This document shows, in pieces, positions 63,816-64,000 of a stretch of 64,000 nt of DNA. The DNA is from Octopus sinensis. Its lineage: Eukaryota. Under the pieces are notes generated by a model. The model had not been told where the DNA came from. It worked only from the letters and a program-made list of their open reading frames with translations, and ran no database searches. How positions within the stretch are numbered: the stretch's first letter is position 1; every line of letters begins with the position of its first letter. The position numbers were made by a program, and so were the translations under genes. The stretch lies in the NCBI RefSeq assembly GCF_006345805.1, contig NC_042998.1:3100001-3164000 (forward strand), in the 5' to 3' direction.

Positions 63816-64000
63816 TACCGTAAATCCTCGAGTATAGTCCGCCCTTGAGTATAATACGCAGGGGATTTTTAGGGGGCTGTACTTCTGAAAAACCTAAACC
63901 TTGTGTATAATACGCTCCCCTTCTCTAACTTGAGTCGTGCGTAATTAAGCCAGCAGCACCAAGTCGAACAAACACTTCCACGCATGCGTAATACAATAAT
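63816..64000 (+). mobile_element. Left end of a Tc1/mariner (pogo/Tigger-like) non-autonomous element
   Basis: TA followed by CCGTAAATCCTCGAGTATA, with internal repeats of GAGTATAATACGC; runs off the window. Confidence 0.55.

Overview
Eukaryotic, AT-rich, microsatellite-dense DNA with no recognisable host protein-coding gene. The SINE families and repeat landscape resemble an octopod (Octopus-like) genome; that assignment is from recognition only and was not searched. The dominant feature is a tRNA-Arg(ACG) cluster spanning about 21.9-62.3 kb, all on the + strand. Its core is a young tandem array (29891-49500) of about 93 units of ~206 bp by hand count: ~87 with a full-length tRNA body and 6 with a 27-nt internal deletion. 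The core has ~1.33-kb higher-order repeats and is flanked by an older, decayed tRNA array that keeps 13 near-intact copies. Each 206-bp monomer contains a 28-bp copy of the terminal inverted repeat (TIR) of a ~430-bp MITE (GGATC...GATCC, 8-bp TSD). That MITE also occurs here intact (58294-58723), carrying a whole tRNA-Arg gene as cargo (51956-52695), and carrying a GC-rich tandem repeat as cargo (19439-20819). The first 17 kb holds four well-formed minimal type-I hammerhead ribozyme motifs from three families. Two lie in the inverted arms of a Penelope-like (GIY-YIG) element and one in a ~294-nt retrozyme-like repeat. Also present: a CR1-type LINE with an open 538-aa RT ORF, RTE and mariner fragments, several SINEs and foldback elements. 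Almost all ORFs in the supplied track are microsatellite or tRNA-array artefacts. Coordinates and counts are by eye, TE boundaries are approximate, and indel-rich parts of the array may reflect assembly error.
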